This document shows positions 49,908-63,041 of a stretch of DNA of 64,000 bases, piece after piece. Source of the stretch: Centroscyllium fabricii. Lineage: Eukaryota. The DNA is taken from the NCBI GenBank assembly GCA_051313645.2, contig JBNRSN020000011.1, positions 126,480,001-126,544,000 of the forward strand, in the 5' to 3' direction. Position numbers and translations under genes: made by a program. The notes beneath the pieces are model-generated. The model was given only the letters and a program-made list of their open reading frames with translations. It had not been told where the DNA came from and ran no database searches. How positions within the stretch are numbered: position 1 is the first letter of the stretch; every line of letters begins with the position of its first letter.

Positions 49908-51774
49908 TATTAGTGCAAAAACATTATTGCACATATTAGTGCCATTTGCCCATTGCTTGAGGCCCATGTTATACATGCAACTTGCTGCTTTTAATCATAT
50001 TTATAATTTTGGTGTGCGTTGGCTCCTCATGCACATAAAGAAAAACTCATCATTAGAATTTGGCCAACGTTGATAACTGTGAATCATCCAGCCAGGAAAG
50101 TGGGTTGGATTTAAGACATGTTCCTGTGCTCTTAAGACGTGCACCTAGGTAGCCCTCCGGTTTTCCTTCCCTACTGAGAAGTCTCCTCTGAGCTTAGTAG
50201 CCCTGTAGGTGTTGTGGAACGGACATACCCCAACTGTGCAACTGGATCACTCTTCCCCAATAATGTTTCATTTTTCATGATCATTGTTCTGCTAATGTAA
50301 TATGCTTAAATAGTTAGAACTGGGAAAGCATTTATTAGCATCCACAGATGGGCCAGCTAGATGGTGGGTAATTAAGCCATTGCAGAAACTGTTGGTGAGA
50401 AAGAAATCAAGCATTTGCAGAATGAGCAATTACCAATAATATGCATCGAATGCGCAATAATACATCTTGGAATTGGAAGATATGGTTTTGCTACGAAGGA
50501 CATTTCTAGGTTTCTGGCTAAAACTTCCAATAATAGTGACAGTTATCCTATATGTTAATTTCCTTTTGTAAAATTCCAACTTCAGTTTCATACACTTACT
50601 GCCAAAGTATATTGGCCATCAGAAAGAAAACCTTGAGCTAAACCTCACAAGCCTAATGACATAAAAAGAGAGTTAATGATGAATTGAAGATCTCATTGTT
50701 TTAATAAGATTCCACTCATGTGCATATTATGGGGTGCTTGCACTTTTACATCACTCACTAAGATGTGCAACCACTCAAAGCAGCTCCTACCCAACCATGT
50801 TAAAAGTACAAGGGGAATGTGTAAATGTTTTACAGCTTTCGAGATCCTGCAGAATCCCAAGTGTGATATGAAAAACCCATTTAAAATTGACTGCTGTGTG
50901 ATTTCCACATTTGTATGCCCTTTATCCTGTCTCCATGGCTTTGAAGAGGTCAAAGGGTTAAAGTCACATGAAGAGTGAGGGTGGTGTCTGCTTTGTAAAT
51001 CAAACACTAATGAAGTAGAAGCTACATTATTCTGCAATCTTCTCCGGGAATTTTTTTGTGTGCATGCGTGTGTGGAGCCACACTGGATCTATAAATTGCA
51101 CATTAATGGGACATGTTTTAGTTCATTATCAGTGTCAGGTTACACCTAAGCCTAGGCTTCAAGTCTTTTTGCACCTGAGATAGTGTTAGAAGCAGGTACA
51201 AATCTATACAAATTGCCTTTAGAGGTCAGTGGCATTGCTGACAGGGGACTAGAGAGTGCCGGCGCCATTATTGCTAGTTTACAAACATTTGTAGACCAAT
51301 CAATAGAAAAGTCTTTCTGTTCTGTGTAGCCTAATTCCCCCATTACATTTTCTGTCTGTTATAATGGTAATTCACACCTTATGTGGGAATTTCTATTTTG
51401 TTTTTAAAGAGTATGTCTGACTCCCCCTCCTCCAACCCCCTTCCATTATCCATAGTCTGGACCCTCCATTCTCCATTTACAAGCCCGACCATTAGGGCTT
51501 CTTCCTCTCCATGTAACTGTAGTAGAATTGGAAACACTTTAAAGCTATGATCAGTCTTACTATCCTACTTTATGTCACTTACTACAAAATGTAGAATAAA
51601 ATTACTTAATCACTATGATATATGTTACTTGTAGAATATATATTGCAAATAGATGTGGTCAAAAGTTATTCTTTAAAAATCCAAGGGATGCTTTGCAAGC
51701 ATATTTGGTCATTTTATGTGAACATTTTCAGTGGAATGTTTGATAATTACGATTGTTTTTTCTAAGTACTTATA

Positions 51775-52129
51775 CAGGTACACAATCCCTTAACCGCACA
51801 TCCGAAAACCGAAAAGCTCCGAAAACCGAAAACCCGAGTTGCGCCAAAACTGACCCGTTTTGAAAGCCAATTCAATATAATCCAGTGATAAAAGTAAAAT
51901 TAACAAGAAAGTAGAGCTTACCAATGTAAAAAAATGGACCCACGGGTCCAATTCCTCCCCGAGCCCAAAATTTCCTGCCGTTTCAGCCTGCGCACTGGGC
52001 CGCCAACACGGCAATGCGCATGCGCATGTGATCTGTGCATGCGCACTGGGCACCATCCGAAAACCGAAAAATCCCGAAAACCGAGACCCGTCCGGTCCCA
52101 CGGGTTTCGGATAAGGGATTCTGTACCTG
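51775..52129 (+). mobile_element. Second TA-flanked Tigger/pogo-like MITE family, copy B
   Basis: TA|CAGGTACACAATCCCTTAACCG ... CGGATAAGGGATTCTGTACCTG|TA. Confidence 0.9.
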
Positions 52130-52492
52130 TATTTTACTACTGTAATATATCAATAACTTGACCACAGTAGATAAAAATACATGTGTTCTTGTTGGCTGAA
52201 TGTTCTATTGAAAGAATTGAGCCAAGCTAAAGGACTCACTGATACAATGGGCTACCATGCCATCATTTTACCTCTGGGCCTCCAGCTCAATCCCAGCTCA
52301 GTCTCTTCAACCTGATGACTGATGGCTTAGTGAAATGAGTGAAACTCAGTCCACAATACAAAATGTCAGACAATATATGCTAGAAGATAAAGAATAATAT
52401 GTACAGTGTACATTGTGTCGAGAATATTATGTGGGGAGTAAAAGAAAGTGTATATTATACAGAGAAGAATGCAGCTAATAGCTTATACAGTA

Positions 52493-54323
52493 CTAGCTGA
52501 GAGTGCCCGGCGGTGCCGAGGGAATTCGAAAATGTGCCATGACAGGGAGAAGGAAAGAGAGAGGGAAGGAGAGAAAGAGAGACAGAGACAGAGACAGAGA
52601 GGGAAGCAGAGAGAGAGAAAGAGGAAAGCAGAGAGACAGAGAGGGGGAAGCAGAGAGACAGAGACAGAGAGAGAGAGAGAGAGAGAAAATTTAGCGGTTC
52701 GATGCTTCTGCCATTCCAGACACCGACCCCCCCTTTCACGTCCTCCCCCCTTCCCCCCTCTCCTCTCCCCTCAAAGGTCACTTCTCCAGAACAACCTCCA
52801 GCTTGTGTACAAACATGTCCACAGTCCCATCGGATGCATTTGAGGGAAATCAGCAACACTATGACATGTTCATTAAATTGTTGGCATTAAAGAGCTCTTC
52901 CTAAGTACCCAAGAGTAATGTGACATTATTCACAAACTTAAAGCATATCACTGCAATGGAGAAATAAAATAAACTATTTCAGACATTTATAGGTCATTTT
53001 AGAAATCAGCAGTAAACATTTATTTATTATAATAAAGCATAACAGTAGACCATTTTACAAAATCCTGGAGTTTCAACAAAACACTGAGTGAAAACTCCTT
53101 ATGGTAAAGGTTTCCAAACTCAATAGCTTGTATTGTACAGAGTGATTGTATAATAAGTCAAAGTATTTAACAGTACACTGTAAAATGTGTCATCTTATAG
53201 TAGGTATATGCAGCCTCTCAGATCTGAAACATTGCTGTTGAGTGCTTTAACTGCCCTGTTCTGGGCCTCTGTGCAACACAAAAACACAAGAAATAGGATC
53301 CTAACCTAAAATCTACTTTCACTCTCCATCACACCCTAGCCTATGTGATCTCCCGGCAGAGGAAAAAACCCAGATAAAAACACAATGTCCAATTTGGGAC
53401 AAAAAATCTGATAAATTCAGTTAATTGGCCTCAATGTACATATACAACAGAGAACAGAGTGGGGGGGACAGTACACGGAGGAGCAGAGGAGAGCACGGGG
53501 GTGGGCAGGAGAAGAGCAGAGGGGGCGGGAGAAGAGTAGAGGGGTGGGGGGAGGAGACCGGAGTGGGAGGAGGAGATCAGAAGGGCGGAGTAGAACAGAG
53601 GGGGGGCAGGACAGCAGAGACAGAGGGGGCAGGGCAGCACAGTGAAGGGTCAGGACAGCAGAGGGGGGAGGCAGAACAGTAGAGGGGTGGGGGTGAGGAG
53701 AGCATAAAATTTAAATTAAATTATAGGTTTGACTTTCGCAGTCATTTAACATCTACAAATTACATTAACATTTATCTCTCTTGGAGCCGGGGCCGGGGCT
53801 GGGCCGCAGGCCTAAACACGCAGTTTGAGGCCTAGCCGCTCTTAGCAGCGGGGCGCAGACCGGGGCGTCGAGTAATGGCGGTGTCCCGACCAGGTGGGAC
53901 CACACAACCGTGGTGGGGGGGGGCGGGGGGGTGGCGAGCTGCAACGCGCTGCGGCCCTTAGGGGAGGGGGCGGCTGCCAAAACCCCCTCGGTATTTTTTA
54001 TTGAATTTTTAATTTTTTTAAATACTTTTAAATCGTTCTAAAAATGTAAAAAAAATTGGCCGTCATGTTTGTAAAGGAGAAAATGGAATGTTCAGTTTGG
54101 AATGTTGGGCAGTGGCCATGTTTGTATAGGAGGAGGACACCTTGCTATCTCGACACGGCGCTTAATGCTTGACCAATCCCGACACGTCACTTAATGCTAT
54201 ACCTTGTAGGATTGGTCAAGCGGTCATGTCAGTGTATGCTATCCCACATATGATTGGTTGAAGAGGGGGAGGACAGACGGAAAAACAGAGAGACAGACGC
54301 AAGTACCGTTTTATAATTATAGA
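52493..54323 (-). mobile_element. Candidate non-autonomous Helitron
   Basis: Minus strand A|TCTATAATTATAAAACGG...GTCTGTC 5' end; 3' end CCCTCGGCACCGCCGGG hairpin, then CACTCTCAGCTAG|T; no TSD. Confidence 0.65.
52545..52686. repeat. (GA)-rich microsatellite
   Basis: GAGA/GACA low-complexity run. Confidence 0.9.
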
Positions 54324-55583
54324 TATAGAACAATGGTGGGATTAAGGGTGAATCATATATCCTTAGTTAGCCTGGTGCTTCTTCCACTCATGCTGTATAC
54401 ACATTTAAAAGCCAATAAGCAATCTTAGTCAGGCCTAGAATATGTAATCCTGTGAATAAACCATGGGAAGAATAACACATCCATGTAATATTGAGTAACC
54501 ATCGTCCTTGTCCCATTGATCCACATTGAAACCACATTTAGTGTTTATGATCCATTTTGGTAAGGGTTAACATTTTTAAAATTCTCAAAGCATGCATAGA
54601 ATCACAAATTTTTAGTAATTACAGTACAGGAGGAAGCCAATGACCCCATTATAGCTGTGGTGGTGCTAGCTCGTCAACTAGAGCTATTGTGTGAGTGGGA
54701 TTTAAAGCATAGAATTCAATCTTTAGCTTTCAGTTAAATTTGCTCCTACTTTTGGTAGAATTGCTCCACTTTACCAATTTGTTCTTTTTTTCCTTTCAAG
54801 TACTGGTCACAATTTGCATCTAAACAGCTGCCGTCAGATTAGGTGAATTGGAGATACTAAAAATTGCCCATGAGTATGTGTGTGAGATATAGTTCTTAGA
54901 GTTGGGGGTGTCCGGGGATATGGGGAGAGGGTAGGAGGGAGGTGCTGGGTTTGGATGACCAGCCATGATCTCATGAAAAATAGTGGAGCAGGCTCGAAGG
55001 GCCAAATGGCCTACTCCTGCTCCTATCTTCTGTGTTTGTAGTCGAGGTCAATCTCTATACATTAGAGAGTGGTGGAGCAACAATGAACAGAAGCACAAAC
55101 ACAGATTACTACCTAACTCTACGAGCAAAAGCACTTCCTACGTTGAGGGAATGAAATTCTACATGAAAGTGGTGGGCTATGATTCCATGGCGGCCAGGGT
55201 GTCCTCTGGTTCTGTTCTGCACCTCTTCTTCACATGTGGGCCTACATAGTGAGTGCTGGCAGGGCATTAGACTGTGGCAGGCCTCACAGCCAAACCCAAT
55301 CCAATCCTTGCCCAAAATTCACGCATGCATAGCTTCTAGCAGGGGACACTGGATCGCGAACAGAATTGCAATACATGCCTGATTTCAACAATTCTTAAGC
55401 CTAATTTGCCAGCAGAGACATCCCAGCCAGGAGCACTCCTGTTGCCACTCCAGTTAAAATCAGCTAATGCAGAACAGATCAGGCTGGAACTTTACTGGTC
55501 TGTACGGCTCAGTACCATTAATCTGTTCTGTGTTCTCAGTTTTGTTTACAATGAATTATTGACTAATAACGGAATGGCTATGG

Positions 55584-56987
55584 TGTAACGTTTTTGAAAA
55601 TGAGCTATTTTATTTGCAGCGGTCAGTGTTTACGGTCAGTACTTTTACAAGCTGTGTCATAGGGTGGATTCCTCTTTAAGGAATACCCCTTTAAATTCTG
55701 GTGCCTTTTCCCTCAAGTATTGAATATACCTCGTTTAGGAGTGCAATACACCTGTTTGTACCTCGTTTATTGTTTTGTGCAATTAAGGGGACTGAGCTAA
55801 TTACTCAATTAGCTTGAGGTGTATTTAAGCTTTGGGTTAACAACTGGATATTGCCGGATCATTAGCTACAACTAGGAAGCAGAATGGTTGCCCTAGCTCT
55901 GTGGGAGGCAGTGTCTGTGGGGAGTTCCCCTGCTTATGGATGATGGACTCTCTTTCAGAAAACTCTGAGAGTAAGTCCCCGCTGTGGAGCGGACTCTGGA
56001 GAATTCCTAATTCTACACTCTGGACATTGCTCTCTATCACCTGAACTCAGGTTTGGATATTTAATTCATATTACAATGATGCTCTTGGCTGAGTATCCTG
56101 GGCTGTCCTAGCTCCGTGGGAGGCAGTGTATGCGGGGAGTTCCCCTGCTTGTGGATGATGGATTCTCCTTCTGAAAACTCTGTTAGAGTGAGTCTCCGCT
56201 GTGGAGCGGACTCTGGAGAATTCCTAATTCTACATTCTGGACATTGCTCTCTATCACCTGAACTCAGGTTTGGACATTTAATTCATATTACAAGGATGCT
56301 CTTGGCTGAGTATCCTGGGCTGTCCTAGCTCCGTGGGAGGCAGTGTATGCGGGGAGTTCCCCTGCTTGTGGATGATGGATTCTCCTTCTGAAAACTCTGT
56401 TAGAGTGAGTCTCCGCTGTGGAGCGGACTCTGGAGAATTCCTAATTCTACATTCTGGACATTGCTCTCTATCACCTGAACTCAGGTTTGGACATTTAATT
56501 CATATTACAAGGATGCTCTTGGCTGAGTATCCTGGGGGGTTCAGAAGGAAACTTGTTCCAGTTCTGTATAAGGCTTGTTCCACTCTGATGGTAGTGGTCG
56601 TTGTAAAAGGTTCCACGCACAGAAGAAAGCTTGTTCCAGTTCAGAAGAAAACTTGTTTCCAGTTCAGTATAAATCTTGTTCCACTCTGATGGTAGTGGTC
56701 GTTTTAAAGGGTTCCACGCACAGAGGAAAGCTTGTTCCAGTTCTGAAGAAGACTTGTTCTAGTTTCTAACTCTTTGTATGCTCTTCGCTGAGTGTCCTGC
56801 GGGTCCGAAGCGTATTGCGAGTGTCGTCGGTTTCTGGATTGTAATATTTGTATGTCATTGATTTATGTATGGTAACAATTTGACTGTATGCATATATGTT
56901 TGGTTACATTTTAGGAAATAAAGGAATCTTAGCTCTAGACCGTTGTCTCAGTGTCTTGCATTTGGGCCCCACCACCCAAACGTTACA
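55584..56987 (+). mobile_element. LTR-like element with internal tandem expansions
   Basis: Termini TGTAACGTTT...AAACGTTACA; TATA-like TATTTAAG near 55823; AATAAA near 56917; no TSD seen. Confidence 0.7.
55891..56535. repeat. 217-bp unit in three tandem copies
   Basis: CCTAGCTC(T/C)GTGGGAGGCAGTG...GAGTATCCTGGG; copies 2 and 3 appear identical (ORF starts 56116 and 56333). Confidence 0.95.
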
Positions 56988-57504
56988 AGCTGAGCTATCA
57001 GGATAGGCCACTTGAATGTTTTGGCTGGATTACAATCTTGCGATTCCTTCGTGTTTCTGACCCTTCCTTTGCTGAATGGAATCATGCCTTGTGACATTTT
57101 CCAACTTTGCATTTTTTAACTTCATTCACAGGATGTGGGCGTCGCTGGCAAGGCCGACATTTATTGCCCATCCCTAGTTGCCCTGAGAAGGCGGTGGTGG
57201 GCCTTCTCCTTGAACTGCTAGTTGCGGGATTTGATGCAACAGAGTGGCTCACTAGGCCACTTCAGAGGGTAGTTAAGAGTCAACCATGTTGGTGTTAGGA
57301 CCAGAGTCATGTATCGGCCAGACCGGCAGGTTTTCTTCCCTACAGGAAATTAGTGAACCAGTTGGGATAGCTGAAGGATGTTGATAAAGTTGAGGTTTCA
57401 AAATCTGAAAATTCACCAAGCCATTTGGACTTAATTTTAGAATTATTGAGATTTTTAGAAATAAAAGGTTTGCTGAATTTTACCTTTTCAAAACCTTGGG
57501 CATA

Positions 57505-58373
57505 TTGAAACATATAAGATTGTGAAGGGGCTGGATCGGGTGGATGCGGTGAGGATGTTCACAATGGTGGGTGAAACTAGAAGTAGGGGGCATAATCTTA
57601 GAATAAGGGGCTGCCCCTTCAAAACTGAGATGAGGAGAAACTTCTTCACTCAGAGGGTGGTAGGTCTGTGGAATTTGCTGCCCCAGAGAGCTGTGGAAGC
57701 TACAACATTAAATAAATTTAAAACAGAGATAGTTTCCTAGAAGTAAAGGGAATTAGAGGTTACGGTGAGCGGGCAGGTAAGTGGACGTGAGTATAGGTTC
57801 GGATCGGCTGTGGCCCTGTGGGTGGCGGAGGGGGCCCGGGGGCCCTGTGGCCTGGTCAGCTCTTACAGAAGGTAGGTTCTGCAGGAAATTCAGGGCCAGA
57901 GTGATCTCCTGGACAAGTTTTGATCGCCTAGATGGGTCAGAGAGGAATTTCCCAGATTTTTTCTCCCAAATTGGTCATTGGGTTTTTTATCTGTTTTTTC
58001 GCCTCTCCCAGGCGATCACATGGGTTCGGGTGGGATGGAGAGTGAAAGTAGATTTGAGGTTAGGATCAGATCAGCCCTGTTCCTGGGACTAACCCTGTTC
58101 CTGGGACTAGGGACAGGGCCACTGGCAAGGCTTGGAAGCTAAGCAGAGCCAGGCCTGGTTAGTACTTGGATGGGTAACCACCAGGGAATACCAGGTGCAG
58201 AAGTTCACGAAAGGAGCCCCGGGGAGGGGCGGTTGGCTGAAGATTGTTGGAATGATGGGACGATGGAATGGCGGCGCGCACAGACGCAGCGGCTTTGCTG
58301 GACTCTTGGGAGCTTGCAAGATCACATTTCATTGTTCATGTACTTGTACATTGTATAATGACAATAAAGTTGA

Positions 58374-58407
<34 letters not shown>

Positions 58408-58480
58408 GATCTTATTGAATGGTGGAGCGGGCTTGAGTGGCCGATTGGCCTACTCCTGCTCCTATTTCTTATGTTCTTAT
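57505..58480 (+). mobile_element. Composite CR1-tail element, interrupted at 58077-58405
   Basis: Same modules as 23065-23845 with a deletion; the tail GATCAGCC|ATGATCTTATTGAATGG is split by an insertion. Confidence 0.8.
58077..58405 (+). mobile_element. 5S rRNA-derived SINE (SINE3 type)
   Basis: GGAAGCTAAGCAGAGCCAGGCCTGGTTAGTACTTGGATGGGTAACCACCAGGGAATACCAGGTGC resembles the 5S internal control region; unique body; tail AATGACAATAAAGTTGAA(TTA)n. Confidence 0.82.
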
Positions 58481-60639
58481 ATTAATATTCGCTGGATGTA
58501 ACACACACGCTTAACATTTTTGTTGCATTCTTTGGTAAAGAGAGACCTATCAATTTTATTTACCATCTGTCACTTTGGATATCACAGTTGAATTCTGATG
58601 AACAGATAACTAGTTTGCCAAGAAATGTTATGTTTCAACCTAGATTAAATTAGGATTTCTAGCTGTGAATAAAACAGCTAATTAGAAAAGCTTCGCATCG
58701 TAGCCTATTTAGTAATCAGTCAGCACTTCATTGTAAACCAAATTGAAAACACAGAAACGGGTCAATGAAGCTCCGAGTGCTACATGCATCATTATTGATC
58801 AGACTATCCAAATTTTTGGAGACCCAGTTTTGTTGCCTGGATAGTTTGGAGGGAGCCCAACAAAAGTGGCAGGAATTACAGTGGCATTCTGCAATGTTGT
58901 GTCATTTTCCAGTTTGGAAGGGATTGGACCTTGCACCTGCAGAAAATGAAGAAGAAGATGGAGCCCATCAATCCCCTGATCAAAGGGCATCCAGGAGAGA
59001 GAGGGGTGGCACAGGACAACTCGTTGTCAGCAGCACACGATTTTTGGCAGGAAATTATCAACAACTTTTTCCAGTAGAAAGCTTGTACCCCACCATCTAC
59101 CCCCAGAGCCCATAATGGCATTGAGGAGCTTTTGCAATGCTCATAAATAACATGAACTCAAATCTGTTAGATATTTCTCATCCTTTCAGGAAAAGGACAC
59201 TTATAAACTTTTATCAACAAATAAAAACAGAACTACAAACCTGTATAAAAATGATCAATACATCGATTGACAAAGATCTCCTCATTTACTGATTGTCTCT
59301 TCATTATATCCTATAACCATTTCTTATCACCAAGCTTACCCCTTGTGCCCAAAGCTCTTTTCACACAGGGACCTATTCTCTGACTCCTACATCCTGTGCT
59401 CTCAATGGAAGGAGGTTGTGAGCTTGCTCACTGGGATTATACCAAGGAGTTCATGTGGAGTGAGCTTGTGCTCGTCAGAGTGATGCTGATATTCTTACAG
59501 GTCCTGCTTCCGGTGTCATGTCCCTTGCGCATTCAAAGCTTACCTGGCCAGACTAGAAGATCCCACCTCTGCTGAAATTGGAAAGAGATGGATTGATGTA
59601 GCCACTTTGTTATTACCATGAGAAATAGCAAGATTTGTGACCGCTCCTTGCAGCCCAGCTGGGCTAATGGTCTCCATCAATCATGAAAGCCCCGAGCGAG
59701 GGTATTTTTGAGGGAATCTATGGAAGAAGTTGTGACTGCTACTCCCAAAGCAGTAATTGCTCTTAGAACCTCATCCTGATAACTTGTTGCTGCAGGAATC
59801 TCCTGAAGCGTCATATTTACCAGGGCATTCTGTATCTAGTCTGTTGCAGATGCAGGTCATGGATTCCTCCAACTTATCTGCTATATGCACCATATGAGAG
59901 AAGACTGTCTCCAATGGCTGCATATGAGGATTATGCACCTTAATCATGCTTCTATTGAAGACTGGGTCCCCGGACCCTGAGATCTCAATTTAGCTACGAT
60001 TAGTGATGTTTCTGGTGCATATGGACTGTCTCATTCATTTTGTCATTCATGTAAACAATGATGGTGTGGAGATGAATTATGCTTCCAGTATTATTTCAAG
60101 ATGCGCATAGGTACCTGTGCTTTCACTTACCTTGACCAACCGTGTGATGTCATTAAATGTTTCTCACACTGTATTGCTGTTTATGGGGTGGTTGAGATGT
60201 CCCTTACTGTCTGAACCACCTCCCTCCATACTATCTGCAACACACTTTATGGGGTTTCTGTTCCAATTAGTCTGGACCTCCTTACCAATATTCCTTCTTA
60301 TTTTTTTTTGGGTGTGTGCCCCCTTTAAGGGACTGCGTGGCCCATTCCTAGTTACGCCAGTACCAATTGAAAGTGCTGCACAACCCTTTGACTGACAGCT
60401 CCTGGCCAGTTACAATGGGAAGTGCTGCAGCACAACCCTTTCATTGACAGTTGCTGCAGAGCCATCTGTCAAACATTAAAAATGAGCTGCAAGGTGAGTT
60501 TTTAAAAGCTGTATTCTCACTGCTATTGTACACCCGGGGATACAGTTAGCCCTCCTGCAGGCTGCTGCCCAGGGCTGGCTTCTGGTACAGCTGATTGCAT
60601 GTCATCCTTTGACTTGCAGCTGATATTCAGCAAGCCGAT

Positions 60640-60944
60640 TGTGTACCCGCCAGGTTTCACCGGCAGGGTTTCAAGCTGGCGGGTTATGGGTGAGGAACAC
60701 CTGAAAATAGCAAGGGCCCCTTAAAATGGCATCATACATGTCAATTAAGGGTGCTTAAGGAGCCTAACGACGATTCCCACCGGTCGCGGGCGGGAAAGAT
60801 TCGGGGCGGGCAGACACGGCGGCGGGAAATCGCAAAACGGCGGGGATCCGGCGGTGGGGCGGAGGGTCGGGACCCCCTGGCTTTGCTATTTTGCGCCTCG
60901 CCCTGCCGGAAAACCCACCTCACGGCTTGTTGAAAATTGACCCC
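60640..60944 (+). mobile_element. Right end of a Harbinger-like element related to 10104-10864
   Basis: GGCGGGTTA.GG...AGGGCCCCTTAAAATG...CAATTAAGGG...CCTCACGG...GAAAATTGACCCC parallels 10600-10860. Confidence 0.6.
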
Positions 60945-61297
60945 TTGGATTCTCTCTGGCCCTTGAAACTCCTGCTGCAGCTAAAGCAGATATCCTTCTC
61001 TCCCAGCAGCAGAGAACCATTCAGTGGTGGAATTCCCACCTCCCCACCCCCCCACCCCCCCGCACCCCCCTCACCCCTAACATACTAAATTAAGGGTCCC
61101 CCAGCAAAATACAATCGGATGCTGGTTGGAATACGTAGAGACAGGCAAAGTTCTACCCAGTTTCTAAAATGTCGAAGAAAGTCCAGGTCTCAATCTGCTG
61201 AACATTAAAATTATACAATATGGGAGCATTTTATACTTCCACTGGACACGTCTGTCTGAGAGTAAGACTGATCTCTGTTGTCATTGCCTAATAGCCA

Positions 61298-61534
61298 TGT
61301 GGTAACCGTGTATAACCACTGTACATAGTTGCTGGTCTACCTGTTTAATATTGTAGGCCAGGTCAGCCACACCCCTAACTCCTCCCCTCAGGTCAGAGTA
61401 TATAGGTGAGTGCTGCCCTGCCCCCGCTCATTCTTCACCTTGACCTTATCAGGAGACCAGCTCCATTCTTAGTTAATAAAAACCTGTAGTTTAGGTAACT
61501 ACTCGTCTTTGTATGATTAATTGATGATACGTCA
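61298..61534 (+). mobile_element. Solo LTR (237 bp), same group as the LTRs at 2547
   Basis: TGTGGTAA...AATTGAT...GTCA; AATAAA; 5-bp TSD AGCCA on both sides. Confidence 0.88.
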
Positions 61535-61711
61535 AGCCAGGAATGTCCAAAGATGGCTATGGCAAGCCCAATTCTGACTCTTCCACTTTCTCTCCACAAC
61601 CTGAAAGTGTATTCCTCAGTTTATCCACTTTCTGGTACTGAGCCCGGCATTGAAACAACTGAATAAACCAAAGTTATATTTAATTGAAACTTCCTACTGA
61701 CTGGTGTGTAA

Positions 61712-61938
61712 ACATAAAACATAGAAAACATAGAAGATGGGAGCAGGAGTAGGCCATTCGGCCCCTCGAGCCTGCTCCGCCATTCAATGCGATTGTGGCT
61801 GATCATCCAAATTCAGTACCCTGTCCCTGCTTTCTCCCCATATCCCTTGATCCCTTTAGCCTTAAGAAATATATCCAACTCCTGCTTGAATATATTTAAT
61901 GAATTGGCCTCTACTGTCTTCAGTGGTAGAGAATTCCA
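61712..61938 (-). mobile_element. CR1 3' tail
   Basis: Closely similar to 46675-46890. Confidence 0.88.
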
Positions 61939-62029
61939 AAATGGTCAACCCTATCATCTGATTTTTTATTAAAGCATTTGGTTAAAAAGCTTCACTCTTA
62001 AGTATTCTGGCCAACTTCATGGCTGGAGG

Positions 62030-62370
62030 TGACATCTCCTCTCACCTCTGGGACCTGGGTCTGAATTAAAATTAGTCTCAGTGATGAAAGGCTCCTCCGT
62101 CTGCTGAGGTCTCGGAGTGAAATAAGTTTGGTCAGTTTTTATCCAGCTCCAAACGGGTGTGTGTCCATAGTGTGGAACTGAGCCTGAATTATCAATCAGA
62201 GAAGCCTCAAGCAGGGCTAATGTGGGAAATGGAAATATTAGACTGGTCAATAGAGTATCGTGTTCAGACACTGTGACCAAAGCATGTGGTTAGCACAGAG
62301 TAGGGGAGGCTTTGCTCCATATCAAACCAGTGCGTTTGACTCTAGGCTGTCCTGCATTAAAGAAAGTTTA
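62030..62370 (+). mobile_element. Possible ancient LF-SINE-like relic (another piece at 52250-52355)
   Basis: TCACCTCTGGGACCTGGGT...GTGAAATAAGTTTGG...TCCAG resembles the recalled LF-SINE head and core. Confidence 0.35.
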
Positions 62371-63041
62371 CAATCCTGGACCATTTAAGATAAATTAATA
62401 CTGTCATACACTGAGATTCCAAAATATACAAAACAGTTTCCAATAATCAATTCTAATTGTTTCAATGTGATAGAAATGTGATAGAAAAATCTTGAATTTT
62501 TGCTAGAAAAAAAAGAAAATTAACTATTGAATGTATTGAAAAAATGCTAATGTGTAATTGTTAGCCTTGTGGGGCTCATTTGTCAAAGCAAATGTAGTTG
62601 TTTAGTAATCCATATCCAATTAAGCAATAATGTACGAGTCGGTGTACATTAGGTCACAGTGGGTCTTAGTTATTGAAATGAGTATGAGCCACCAGGCAGA
62701 CACTTAATTAAAAGGAACTTTACTGAAAAAAACGAGTAATGAAAAGTGTTTTAAGAGTTGTGTCAGTGACCTCAGTGTATGGCAACACAGAGAATTATGG
62801 GAATCCAACCATGTTTGCCACCTTCTGCAAGTAATTCATTGTGTCAATCAATAAAGGGCCTATACCTTTTTTGCAAATTTTATTTCAATTTCTCCTTTCC
62901 TTATTTTACTTTTGCTTCCCTTCCATCTTTAGGCTTCCATTAATTATTCCTGGGACAAGCTTCGAGACCTATGCAAAGGCCACCCTATGGCTGGTTGAGT
63001 GGTAAAGCATTAGTGAAATTCTTGTTTCAGTGACTATCCTA

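Noticed and set aside
52448-52859. ER-rich and SL-rich ORFs
   Set aside because: Translation of a GA microsatellite
58129-58203. True 5S rRNA gene
   Set aside because: Lacks the 5' third, has several substitutions, has no T-run terminator and continues into a retroposon tail
59520-59760. Possible second decayed Harbinger Myb/SANT exon on the minus strand
   Set aside because: Only a faint QQRWDLL motif and a GTAAG donor; too degraded to support
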